A stretch of DNA of 62,403 nt, filler included, from Dugesia japonica (lineage: Eukaryota), in assembly GCA_001938525.1 (NCBI GenBank). It is 6 parts of 6 records of this genome, joined end to end, with 100 filler letters (N's around TTAATTAATTAA, not from the genome) between each part and the next. Parts side by side here need not be neighbours in the genome. Positions count along the whole stretch, not along the records: positions 1 to 9,331 come from MQRL01622416.1; positions 9,432 to 19,506 come from MQRL01260189.1; 4 more parts are not named here. The stretch is one strand, 5' to 3'. Both the position numbers and the translations under genes were made by a program. Shown here piece after piece: positions 1 to 11,420 of the stretch; position 1 is the first letter of the stretch; each line of letters starts with the position of its first letter. The notes under the pieces were generated by a model. That model was not told where the DNA came from, made no database searches, and saw only the letters and a list, made by a program, of their open reading frames with translations.

Positions 1-435
1 CTTTGTGATTTCGTTTAATAATATTTCTTTTTATTATTTACCGATTTATTCATTTATGATTTTAATAATGTTTATTTCTATTCTATATCATTTCTTTTCG
101 GTTCTAATTTCAATAAGAATTTCTAACGTATTCAAAGTTCTTTATCTCTAATTTCTTGATTAACTCAAATTCTTTTCTAACTGAGCTGTTTCAGCCCAAC
201 ACATATATTTATTTATATTTATATACGTATTTATATTTGTGTCTTTGATAGATAATTAATGTTCCATCTTTTGTAATAATAAGAAATGGAAATTATTATA
301 TCATAATTTAACCTATGATATATGAAATAATATGTTAAAATTTGATATATATATTTCGATGAATCAGAAATGATTCAGAGTTTTTTGTTATTTAATAAAT
401 ACTTGCAATAGATTGATTTTGTACTCTAACCTAAC

Positions 436-610
436 ATGGCGACCACACAGGCTCTAATAAACAGACTTTTACCAAATTTATATGATAGAAGAATGGATCT
501 ATAAGCATTCATTTTAGATTGCCGGAGATTTGTTCACATCGCAAATATTGACTAAAATTAAAGAGGATTAATCATCAAAACAAAAATCAACCGAAAATTG
601 ATTCCAATTT
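436..610 (+). pseudogene. Gypsy-type gag N-terminal fragment (stop-disrupted)
   Basis: Reads MATTQALINRLLPNLYDRRMDL*AFILDCRRF. This aligns by eye with the gag N-terminus at ~42770 (NTDAITERL*PKIFCRGDDLEKFIKRCGIYF). Confidence 0.55.
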
Positions 611-1538
611 AATGGACAATTCATTCTTCTATGTCTTGTATCTCCNCAGCAGAAACATGCTTCCGGTGCAAAACTGCTTCTCGTGGAGGATTTTTTCCTT
701 TGGCTTTGCAATAAAACTTATTGACTTTATTGTTTCGGGCCAGGCTTTGCGTCTGAATTTTATTTGCGCGATACTGATCCTCATTGAAAACAATTGGCCG
801 ACTTCTTGTACTTGGATCATTTTGAGTATTCATTCGTGAATGAGTTTTTAAAAACTTTGACTGATAATCATCTTTCTTCACTGTATCTGCATAGCTTTTT
901 TTTTACCACATTAACGGAATATGCCAATATTAATTTATCCAAATTGTTGGATAATTCTCGTCTTTGCACATCAGTAAGTTCTGGTTGAAGAACAAAAGAT
1001 TCTTTCAATTTTTTGCTCCTTACACCATTAATTACAAATATTGTTGCAATTTCATCTAGAGATTTTTACTCGTAAAAACTTTGTTTACTATTTTTCTGAC
1101 CATTAACTCAAAATTACGATATTTTTCAGTTGGGTTTTGTTTGATCTTCGACAAAATTATTATTTTATCCACCAGTGTCTCTGAAATCACAAATGACTCA
1201 CGAAACCATTTTTCTCAGACCTTGTTCGTCAAAATTCTATCTTCTTTGTATTTTTCCACCCATAATTCATTCACATCTTGTCTCATTAACATATAAAACG
1301 CCAATGGTAGCTCCATTTGATTAAACGCAACAAATTCTTTTTTCTTCNNNNNNNNNNNNNNNNNNNNNNNNNNNNNNNNNNNNNNNNNNNNNNNNNNTTT
1401 GATTAAACGCAACAAATTCTTTTTTCTTCTGAATTCATTCATCAGTTGCTTTAGATAAACCCTTGAAAAAGGTTGGCTTTGGAATAAGTAATTCTTGTGT
1501 TGAAGACGGCAGCTTTGCAAAAATCTTTTGGGGATCAT
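605..1538 (-). mobile_element. Degenerate LTR-retrotransposon gag with CCHC zinc knuckle
   Basis: Frameshifted minus-strand reading gives KSYADTVKK (SYA motif) and a C-terminal CFCxGDTRHRRMNCP (CX2CX4HX4C) at ~612-660. Confidence 0.7.
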
Positions 1539-2299
1539 TTTTTTCTTTTTTCGTCAGTACGCTTATTTTGGCGTGGTCGTCAGTTAAAAGGTTAATGATA
1601 ATTAAAATAACAATCCTTGATTAGTTTGTTAAAAATTAAAAAAATTCTTAATAAGATCAACATAAACACCTTTACCGATTTTTCGCTTACAGCCTATCAT
1701 TTCTTCGTCCACCGCTTCTAGGATCCAAACGAGAAAAATGAGACAGTTGGCCCATCTTTTTTCGTTTGAGCCCCTAAAAAATTCGCATAATTGTTGAGTG
1801 GTGTGTAGTATTCATTATCGCTTGCACACAACTATCATATCATACTCAGTTGGGACATTCCAAAAAACTTGGGTTGAATGTGATTAAGGTAATCTTTTTT
1901 TAGGAATATTGAATTAAAATATATTAAATTTTCTATTTAATTAAACAATGCATTTCAAATTTGGCAAAGTAAATATGGAACGTAAAAATCTGATTTTAGA
2001 CCGTTTATATAATAAAAAAATATGATTATTCGAAAAGTAAATTAGTTAATAGCGTTAAAATTATCATATTTCATCATCAAATTTACAAATCAGCTAGAAT
2101 AAATTATACGTTAAAATTGCTATTAATAATGACACAAAAATGAAACGGAATTTCTCAAAAATAAAATAAATATTTCCCAAAGAAATCAGAATCGAGCTCC
2201 AATAATTCTTTACTCTCGTATATCATTATTTCACCCTCATTTGCTTGTGATTTCTATAGCTTTGTTGCACATAATTCTCTTTCAATTTCCTGTAATTAT

Positions 2300-2545
2300 G
2301 TCGAATTATCTGTGGTCCAAAATTCGTTTTAAAATCTCTGTGATTTTCGCGAACCACTTTTGACAAAATTCCCTTTAAATTCTCTATAGCTTGTCAATAT
2401 CATTTCCGACAACATTCACTTTAAATTTTTAATAATTTTCTCGGATTATTTTCGACCAAAATTTATTTAGCTTCCCGATAATTTTCTCAAACTTATATTG
2501 GACGCAAATTCATTAAGATTTTCGATAATCTTCTCAAATTTATAT
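2300..2545. repeat. Degenerate ~41-bp tandem repeat
   Basis: Recurring units such as ...gaccaaaattt...ccgataattttctcaaacttatatt / gacgcaaattc...tcgataatcttctcaaatttatatt. Confidence 0.5.
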
Positions 2546-2825
2546 TATATTTCGAATTAGAATCTCGGCGAGCCCTACCATCTATGTTATCTTACGCACT
2601 CGGATATAAGTTCAAATATGATTACTAATAATAATAAAATTTACTTTTCAAAATATTTAGTCACTTATCCAATTGATAATACTATTTCTTCTAAATTTTA
2701 TATCTGATTACCACTTGTGATAAAAGATTCTTTCTCTTGTCAAAACTTTGTTTTTAAATCAAAAATAAATTTAACTTTTCTGCATTTTTGTGTTTGCAAT
2801 TTGGTTTTATTATTATCGTCACCGA

Positions 2826-3477
2826 CAGAGCTGAATTTTTCTATACGCTAACTAGGCTTCAGACTAGGGCCTCGAGACTAAGAGGGGCCTACATTCCAAA
2901 TGTTAGCAAAATTAAAATTACACTTTTCTAAAAACAGTGAACACCAAAACACTGGACCGAAAATAAGGAGAAATATCCCACTAAGCATCAGCGCTTTACG
3001 AGGGGACACGCGCCAAACCAGAAGAAAGGCGAGCGCAATGCGTCTATAGTAATAGGTAGGTAGAGCAGTTCCACTACGCGGCTGTGGCAGCTCCGGCAGG
3101 AAGGGGTTCCGGGTCCTGCTCGTTGGGTGGAATCTAGGGAAAGCTCTCTGAAAAAACTCTTCAAAACATTCCACATTGTCGCAAAATATTCAAGTGGCCT
3201 TCCCCAATGTGGAATCAATCTTACGGCTGTTTTTCAGTTTAAAAGTCACTAATTGTACTTGAGAAAGGTCATTTTCAAGACTTTAAAATATCAAAAATCA
3301 ATTAAGAAGCAGAATGACCCAGATGAGGTTGTCTTCATTGAGTATTTTGTGCATCGAAAATGAGACCTTCAGAAAAATTGATCTTGCTGAACTTACAGAA
3401 GACTTTTGTGTAAAAGAGTGTAGAAAGAAATTCTTCTTATCTATTTCGTTTTAAATGTATACTTGAATTAAATCAGT
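2826..3477 (+). mobile_element. hAT (Tip100/ZMYM1-like) deletion derivative with C-terminal dimerisation domain
   Basis: Starts CAGAGCTGAATTT...CTAGGCTTCAGACTAGGGCCTC, a Tip100-like end. 3182-3440 reads AFPNVESILRLFFSLKVTNCT*ERSFSRL*NIKNQLRSRMTQMRLSSLSILCIENE, the hAT dimerisation domain. Confidence 0.85.
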
Positions 3478-5044
3478 NNNNNNNNNNNNNNNNNNNNNNN
3501 NNNNNNNNNNNNNNNNNNNNNNNNNNNNNNNNNNNNNNNNNNTTGTTTGAATAAAGATCCATTTTTGGTTTAGTTAAGGACTTAAAATTCATAATAATTC
3601 CTACTTGTTAGATGAGTTTGAAATACTCATCGGATCACTTATATCAAAACTCGATTACATAGCAAAATTTATTCACAAACAAAACTATAAACATAAATTT
3701 GCTTTTTTCAAACAAATTTAAAAATTCATATTCAATAATGAAAAATATCAAATACCAGCATTTGTTAAATATTTTAATTTTAAAAGTTTATTAATATCAA
3801 ATTTTAAAATACAGTAAAAATATACATTTCATTTAAATATCTTAATACACATTAAAATTTTATATTCAACACACATTCTACCTTTCTCATTCCCTAGTTA
3901 TACACAATTAAATTTTAAAAATTTATTTTATAAATTATTTTTCTTATAATATATTTATTATATTTATTTATTTATTATATTTAATATATTTATCTTATAA
4001 TACTTAAACGTTAAATGTGAATTATTATTAAATAAATTTATCTGAATTGAATTTGGTTTAATCTTCAAAGTATTGAATATTTTTAATTTAGTTTTATAGA
4101 AATTAAAATTTTTATTGTGTATTTTAGTTTCGTAGTCAAAGATCTTCATTATTTGAGTTTTGTTTATTTGTAAATGTTGTGTGTTATTAGTTATTGTTAC
4201 AAGTACTATCTATGATACTGAGAATAAATGTCCAAATAAGTGTTCTCATTACTCGGCCAATCATCGTCATTCATTTTAGAATTTCACCATCTCATTGGTT
4301 GATTTTACTTTTACCTCTACCGATACACATTGGTGCGGGTGATTTATACAGCTCCTTCGGTGTTGCTGTATAAGTAACCTCGTTTTCACTCGATTTTCTG
4401 CGGGTCACCTCATATAGAAAACTGGGATGGAGGAAGATGATTCACGTCGATCACAGTAAATTGGAAGAAATTATCAAAATCAATAATAAAATAAAGAAAA
4501 TTATTAATCAAAATAATTAATTACAAAAAAAAAGAAAAAACTGTTAATTAATTTAGAAATAAATTAAATTAAAATTAGAACAAAATTCGTTTTATACGAA
4601 TAACTTTGCGTCGGGAAGTCACCGGAGCTGGGTTTAAGAAAATTGGGAAAGGATTTGAATTGGGTCATTAGAATTTTGACACTAGAAAATGGTGCCACCA
4701 TCAGAGGGTCGCCAGGAAGATTTTAAGATCTATCCAATAGCATCCTACAATTAAAAAATAAGACAAAGAACAAAAAAACAAGACAACAAAAAACATTTTC
4801 TACAAGTTTAGCAACAACAATTTTACTAAGTATTTCTACTACATTAGAGAAAGAACTTTTCACGGGAGAATATTTAATTTAATACGGTATTTTACACGAG
4901 AAGAAAGATTCTACTAATTAACGAAAGAGATTGAATCGAATCGGACCAATAAACTCAGGTGCAACTAATTTATATTTAAGTGAATCAACCGTTGCAGAAA
5001 TCCTTATTTTAATAGTAAGTGTCGTTGCTGTATTACATTACTGT

Positions 5045-5290
5045 AAAAATAATTTATGCCATTAATAATAAACATGTTTAAAATTTGATTTATGGACTTA
5101 AATTGAAATTATAAGAAATTATCAATAAAAATAATTTATGCCATTAATAGTAACCATGCTTAAGATTCGATTTATGCATTTATATTGAAATTATAAGTAA
5201 TCATCACAACAATAATTTCTGCCATTAATAATAAGAACCGCTTAAAGCTGGACTTTTGCATCTATATTGAAATTACAGGAAATCTTCAAT
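5045..5290. repeat. ~82-bp tandem repeat, 3 units
   Basis: AATAATTTATGCCATTAATA...TTGAAATTAT recurs at ~5048, ~5129 and ~5211. Confidence 0.8.
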
Positions 5291-6600
5291 TAACCGATAA
5301 ATCATAAAGTACATCATCGAAGTTTACGATAATTTGATTTATGTAAATTAACCCAACAATTGTAACCAGATAGTAAGATAAGCAGGCGTGAATTTTAGCA
5401 GGGGCGATCTAGATTTTTTTTGTTTTCCTTCGACAAATTCGACTAGCAACAATTCGATAATATAACCTGAAGAATATAGTCTCTTTATATTTACAATAGA
5501 CAACTTAATAATTACCTCACTCAGAAGTAGATGTGAATAATCTACTAATCAATGATTGCTGAATGAGTCACCCAAGTGTGAATATTGAAGTCAGAATACA
5601 GATTAGTATCTAACCGCTAACCCTATTGAAAAAATCTACATTTTCCGTCGGGGCAAGTCATGATTGTTCATTCAACGAATGCTGCCATTGTCTAGTCCAA
5701 TTTTAACTCTGTTACGTTAGTGGATTTCTTTTCTAGAAATGGAATATTCAATCGTCTCAACATATAACTGCGACCTAAGAATATGCTTCATTCATGATGG
5801 ATCACTTTTTTTATTTCTAAGTCCTAGATCGAATAGAGAAGCCAGGTGATTAAAGTCCCCAATATATTATTCAATCTGCATCCAGGCATAGTGGAACTTT
5901 TAGGTGACAGCGAGTTCATAACGTTGAATGGAAATGTTATAGTTCTCGTGATGGAAATTGAAAAAGTGATTTTCATAATAAGTTGGAGACAGTTGACGAT
6001 GCTACAGATCCTTTGACAGTCAGCTAACACCGTTATAGCCCAAGTTAGCGGTAAGAACTTCATCGACTGTAACATTTAATAAATTGAAATCTTTGTGATT
6101 AGTATCATTATTATAATTAATAAAAAAAAATTTTCTCTATTATTTTATTGATGTTATTAGAGTAGTTACCATTGGCGGAATGATTAGTCCTATTATAAAT
6201 TGTTTTCTATTTTGCGTGATTGATGTTTACCAATAATTCGGTCATCATATCATGACTAAACATTGTGGTTACGGTCACTGTAGGTCTATCTACTACCTCT
6301 GAGATCGCAAATAATATAAACTACGGGAATTACTGCGTGTTTGAAGAATTTTAGAGTACCTCATACTAAGTATTGGATAGTATCACCCCAGAGATTATAA
6401 AGTCTTTTTCTATTATACATTCGTGCTATTCGTGAACATACGGGATTAGCAAGGGTCTTCTGGGTACTTCTTTTTCAGTCAGTGTTATAGTCAGAAGTCG
6501 GTATGGCAAAATAAATGCTTTCCGTACATTCATGTACGAATCATACAAATCTCTTTTGAATCTACCTTATCAATATGTTAATTAAGGAATAGATTTTCCC

Positions 6601-6786
6601 ATGGGTGACATTCTAACAAGAACACTCCGTTGGTTGCGACAAGAGCGGGAGTAATGTCGTAGGAAACAGTTAATCAGACGTCTACTCTTTCCCAATCTCA
6701 TTCCGTCACCAGACGAATTGGACCTCCAGTGCTTCGTAGAATTACTTCTTTTACCTTGTGCCGTTGATATGGACGAGGGAGACTGA
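6601..6786 (+). pseudogene. Element ORF1 homolog, one in-frame stop
   Basis: MGDILTRTLRWLRQERE*CRRKQLIRRLLFPNLIPSPDELDLQCFVELLLLPCAVDMDEGD*. Ungapped 32/59 identity to 14843-15022. Confidence 0.75.
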
Positions 6787-6932
6787 CTACCATATATGAT
6801 TTTTTTTCCAATAAATTGCATTAAGTATAGTTGATGTGTTTACCTCCTTATGTAAAATTGTTAATTTATGTTTGTTTAGTGTAATATAGCCTAAATTATA
6901 ATTATAACTTGTTATAGAGCCAAATCCAACTA

Positions 6933-7316
6933 ATGGAGTATATTTGGGAACGGGTAGTCGATCGAAGAACTCGCCGTATAATCTTTAGGCGCCACCATAA
7001 CCCTTTTAACCGAGATGCAGGCATCTTGGTGGATCGATCGAATCTGCCTCCCGTGGAAGCCGCAGTAACTCGCATCTAGAACTTCGGCGAGAGGTAAAAT
7101 TTTCAACAGTGGAATAGGCCAATGCGAAGCCATGATACACCTTTTAATTTCCAACCTCCGGCTCCACCCCCAGTCATGCAAGCTTTCATCACCAATTTGC
7201 TCTGGGGCGCTAGGGAACCCTCTGGTGTTGCAGATGTTGAAAACACCGTTCCTACTACTATCGTTCAACTTTTTACTAACTGATCCGGCCCAGTGGATGC
7301 ATTGGATCTCATGTAA
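6933..7316 (+). pseudogene. Element ORF2 homolog, three in-frame stops
   Basis: MEYIWERVVDRRTRRIIFRRHHNPFNRDAGILVDRSNL... has 22/38 identity to the N-terminus of 15167-15361. Confidence 0.75.
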
Positions 7317-8113
7317 TTATTATATAAAATAAATTTACCCTGTTTGACTCATTCTAGCGTTTAATAAATTCGGAATAATAGGGAAAACATGAGACGGGAG
7401 GTCAACCGCTTTATGCTAAATGGCTAACTTAGGGGCATTAGGCTAAATTCTTGAACGAGTTCCCCGAAGGCTGTTGTTCCCCAGCCACCCGTTGTTTCGA
7501 TATGTCTGTGTGATGTCAACAGAACGATTGACACTTGCGATGGAAATGTTAGATCCTAGTGGGCTCAGATACCTAACAAGAAATTATCTCCAAATTAATT
7601 AATAGGTGTTTAGGTAAAACGTTATTTTATTTATTATAAATAATATAAATAAAGATAAATCAATTTTTGGGACTCGCTAATTTTAAAATTTATTTTAGGA
7701 AAATTTAGGATACCTGTTAACAAATATGTCTAACAGTATCTTTCAATTAATATTTTAATAACTGTTTTGTTTACTAGTCAGTAACTGACTTTTGAAGTAG
7801 TGTTACTGAATTATTATATAAAATAATCAAACTAGTCTTTAACAGACTTCAAAAAAATAATTATCAATTTTAAAAATAAAAACTAAAATTGATATTATTC
7901 AAGAATTGTAATCCCAGTTATATCAACTGGATTTACAATTTTCATTATTTAAAAATAAAAATTACTTATTCAAATAATTTCTGCAAATAATAGTACATAC
8001 TTAAGTATGTAAGTATAATAAGTCATTAATCTGTGTTTGGAAAAAGTAAAAAGGGGATATACTTTGACTTTAGCTAGCTCAAAATGCTGGATGCTTTGNA
8101 ATATGCACAATAT

Positions 8114-8350
8114 TTTAGCTCAATAGAATTGGAAAAATCATAATATCAAGGATCTCAATTTTGTAATTGCAGCAGCGCCAGGTAAGTTCCAGTAAATGAT
8201 GAATAAAGTAAACGGAAAAATAAAGGAGCAATGGTTTACCTAGATTATATACTCATATTTACCAAGGGAGCAACACTATGAAATAGTCAATAAAGTATTG
8301 ACAGAAATTAAGAATCTCGATATAAGAGTTAACCTGAAGAGATGTCAATT
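8114..8350 (+). mobile_element. Gypsy reverse transcriptase fragment (second copy of the 44120-44430 family)
   Basis: Shares long nucleotide stretches (aattgcagcagc.ccaggta.gttccag...atgatgaataaagtaa...ggagcaacactatgaaata) with 44120-44430. Confidence 0.85.
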
Positions 8351-9331
8351 NNNNNNNNNNNNNNNNNNNNNNNNNNNNNNNNNNNNNNNNNNNNNNNNNN
8401 NNNNNNNNNNNNNNNNNNNNNNNNNNNNNNNNNNNNNNNNNNNNNNNNNNNNNNNNNNNNNNNNNNNNNNNNNNNNNNNNNNNNNNNNNNNNNNNNNNNN
8501 NNNNNNNNNNNNNNNNATTGAAAAGTCAATCATATTTAATGAAACATAATTACAGACGATGCATTGGTAAATTTAAAAATAGTTATTAAATTAATAATTG
8601 TAACGAAAACATAATTAAGACGGTTGTCAAATATTTAATTTATTGCAACATATTATAATTTTAACAAAAATGAATTAACATCACTTTTTTCACATATTCG
8701 AAAATCAATATGTATTAATTGATTTTTAAATATTTCTAAGGTGGACTTAAAATAAAAAAGAAATTTCTATCAATAATTTTATATACACAAAAGCTTTTTA
8801 TAACAGTTATTATAAAATATTCTTCTTAAATATATTAACCATTTCTAAAATTTGTAAACTGTAAACTTAATATATTTCCACACATTAGAACACGAACCGT
8901 TCTATTATTTAAAATAAATTTTTTAGACTGAATATAGAATTTAATTTATATATAATAAACAATAACAATGAACAATAAGATAAAAAATTTATTTTTAAAT
9001 ATATTAGATGTAACAACAACCATTTTTAAATTAATGATTAATTGTTTTCATTTCGGCTTAGCTTGACTACCTTAACNNNNNNNNNNNNNNNNNNNNNNNN
9101 NNNNNNNNNNNNNNNNNNNNNNNNNNNNNNNNNNNNNNNNNNNNNNNNNNNNNNNNNNNNNNNNNNNNNNTAATCAGATTTTATTTTGTAATCAAATCTC
9201 ATAGGATTGACAGATAAAATTCATCATTTTAATACTGATTTCAAATTAGCTCAAAGATTCCATTTCATTAATATATCTAAAATAAAACATAATAAAAATA
9301 TATATTCATTCCATTATGAATTTTAAAATTA

Positions 9332-9430
9332 NNNNNNNNNNNNNNNNNNNNNNNNNNNNNNNNNNNNNNNNNNNNTTAATTAATTAANNNNNNNNNNNNN
9401 NNNNNNNNNNNNNNNNNNNNNNNNNNNNNN
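9332..9430. other. Artificial scaffold linker N44-TTAATTAATTAA-N44 (12-mer also at 19551, 27995, 41925, 50452)
   Basis: An identical 12-mer with stops in all six frames is centred in ~100-nt N spacers five times. Confidence 0.9.
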
Positions 9431-9759
9431 NAAATAATAAATAAATAATAAATAAATAATAAATAAATAATAAATAAATAATTTCACAGGCACTTTAAAT
9501 GAATCGCGAAACTTCTGACTTCCAGGTTAGCCTACAATTTATTATAGTGACGAAATTCTTATTTATTACAAATGAAATTCTGGTATTATTCGAGGAAGGG
9601 AATGTAAAGAGATAGTTGATTTTGGTATTGACAAGTTTCATGACCCACTAATTTGTTTGTGTGATTGCTTAACGAAACATTGATTTAAAATGTTCATATT
9701 CTTCACAGGAAGTGTTGAGTATTGATAGTTCAATTTTGTATACTTTTATGAAATGTGCA

Positions 9760-10135
9760 TCAAATTCAGCCGTATCTGTAGATCTTGTTGATGCTATGAA
9801 TTTTACTACCAAATTTCTAAATTAGTTGATTCCATCTGACATGACCTCATACACATTGTTGCTTAAGAGTGGAACTATTATCATTCTGTTTATAAATTTG
9901 AATCCAAAGAATGGTTAATACAACGGCATAAAATTGGTGGTTGGATATCTTTCTCGAAATGCAATCATTACACTAATTATTTCTTAGTGTGAACGGGGTA
10001 ATGTAGCCCTAGTTCCTTGAATTAATCTTGAACCCTTCGACACTACCTTGCCATTTGCCTTGCGACAACGCCAATTTTAGGTGACTCTGGCGTTATGCAT
10101 TACCATGAACAAATTCCAATGTCAAACATATGACA
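9760..10135 (+). mobile_element. Helitron Pif1-like helicase remnant
   Basis: FLN*LIPSDMTSYTLLLKSGTIIILFINLNPKNG*YNGIKLVV...DTTLPFALRQRQF*VTLALCITMNKFQCQT matches the Helitron LLRNLNP..GLCNGTRL...RRQFPVRLAFAMTINKSQGQT motifs. Confidence 0.9.
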
Positions 10136-10999
10136 TGTTTTAATTGACATAGAGCTTTCAGTAACGGTGTGGTTTTCCTTCCATAAAATTACATTACCTC
10201 ATCCGACATGTATAGTCCAACGGAGCTAATCCATCAAGGTCCGTTAGCATCCAATTGAGTCCATTCATAGTTGAACTTATCGATCAGCTTGCGTAGTTTT
10301 AACTAGACTAACATCGATTAAGGTATGTGCATTTCTGGTAGCGGTGCTTCCGTCTGTTCACATCTGGTCATAAATTGAACACCGCTACAATTGTTTAAAA
10401 ACAATCAATCATTATCGACAATAATTAACTAGTCCAAGATCCACAAAATGGTAAGGAATTCCATCGCAACTGTTACTTAGTCAATACATGACATATTTTA
10501 TATTATTTAGAACATATTAGGCATCTTTGTCACATTTTTTACCATATTAATGGAACCTTTAAACATCATAGACCATATAATAATAAAACATTTTAATAGA
10601 TTTACCTAAATTTCAATTTATATTAAATTTATATTAAATTAACTTAAAGAAAAATCTTTTTAAAAAATTTCATATCAAAAATTTAACATTGGAAAAATTT
10701 AAAATATATAAAAAAATTAATAAACTCACTATTTTTAATATCATCTTGTAGTGTAAAGTGAAAATACTGATTTGCATTTATAACAAAATATTTAAATAGT
10801 TAAGAATAATTTTCTGTAAAATATTTATTTGATTTTTTTAACTATGTTATGTATAAATCATCTTTGAACTGTATAGTGTGATTATTGACGGTAGAATAAG
10901 CTATTTTAATTTTTACTGCTTTATATGTCACGCATTTCAGATTTTAATAATTTAAATGTTACTATGTTAGAGCACTAGATCAGATTACATAAATTAGTT

Positions 11000-11420
11000 G
11001 GTGGAATCACTTGCAATTTTGCTCATAGAAATTTCCTTGTATGATATTATTCTCATAACCTTTAACCACATATATGACTGCATTTTTTGTAGTATTGATT
11101 TTTGTTATTCGAAACAACTCATCACTCCAAATACTATCAAAATACTTGATGGAGATACAATTATTTTTGATATTCTGACCTGGTCACCAGTTTTATATTT
11201 TGGTTTCTTTATGGCTTTACATGGTTTCCATAAAAGTCATATTTTTAATATGGTAGCGAGTGGGGTTTAAATTTTAAAATTTTATTAAATGTTTACCTTC
11301 ACACTTGATTAAACGTTTAACAACGTAATCGTGCTAATCATACAATTCTGCATCAGAATGCAAAAGTTCTATTATCATAGCACCTTGATCTTGACCGATT
11401 TTATCGGTCTTTTTTCTTTA
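11000..11420 (-). mobile_element. Polinton/Maverick-type (RVE) integrase C-terminal remnant
   Basis: Minus strand reads KKPKYKTGDQVRISK...WSDELFRITKINTTKNAVIYVVKGYENNIIQGNFYEQ. This resembles the KFKVGD.VRIS...NWS.E.F.I...Y..KD..GE.I.G.FYEQEL tail. Confidence 0.7.

Larger units (their letters stand above)
4400..7578 (+). mobile_element. Copy A of multi-ORF giant LTR-like element (5' boundary approximate)
   Basis: Collinear homology to 12424-16317 (RVARKIL/RVAKKIL, STTSEI/STTPEM, ORF1, ORF2, GQPLY..PEGC). It ends CTCAGATACCTAACA, like CTCAGATGGAACCCCAACA in copy B. Confidence 0.65.

Noticed and set aside
1568-1585. TGGCGTGGTCGTCAG resembling a tRNA-Ser primer-binding site
   Set aside because: It has mismatches, lies on the strand opposite the adjacent gag, and no LTR end can be defined.
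5045-5290. Repeat arrays (also 12200-12360 and 58740-59000) as possible CRISPR
   Set aside because: Whole units are repeated with no unique spacers, there are no cas genes, and the context is eukaryotic.
6930-7268. 112-aa minus-strand ORF (also 15191-15532 and 6582-6821)
   Set aside because: These are antisense shadows; protein conservation between the copies is on the plus strand.
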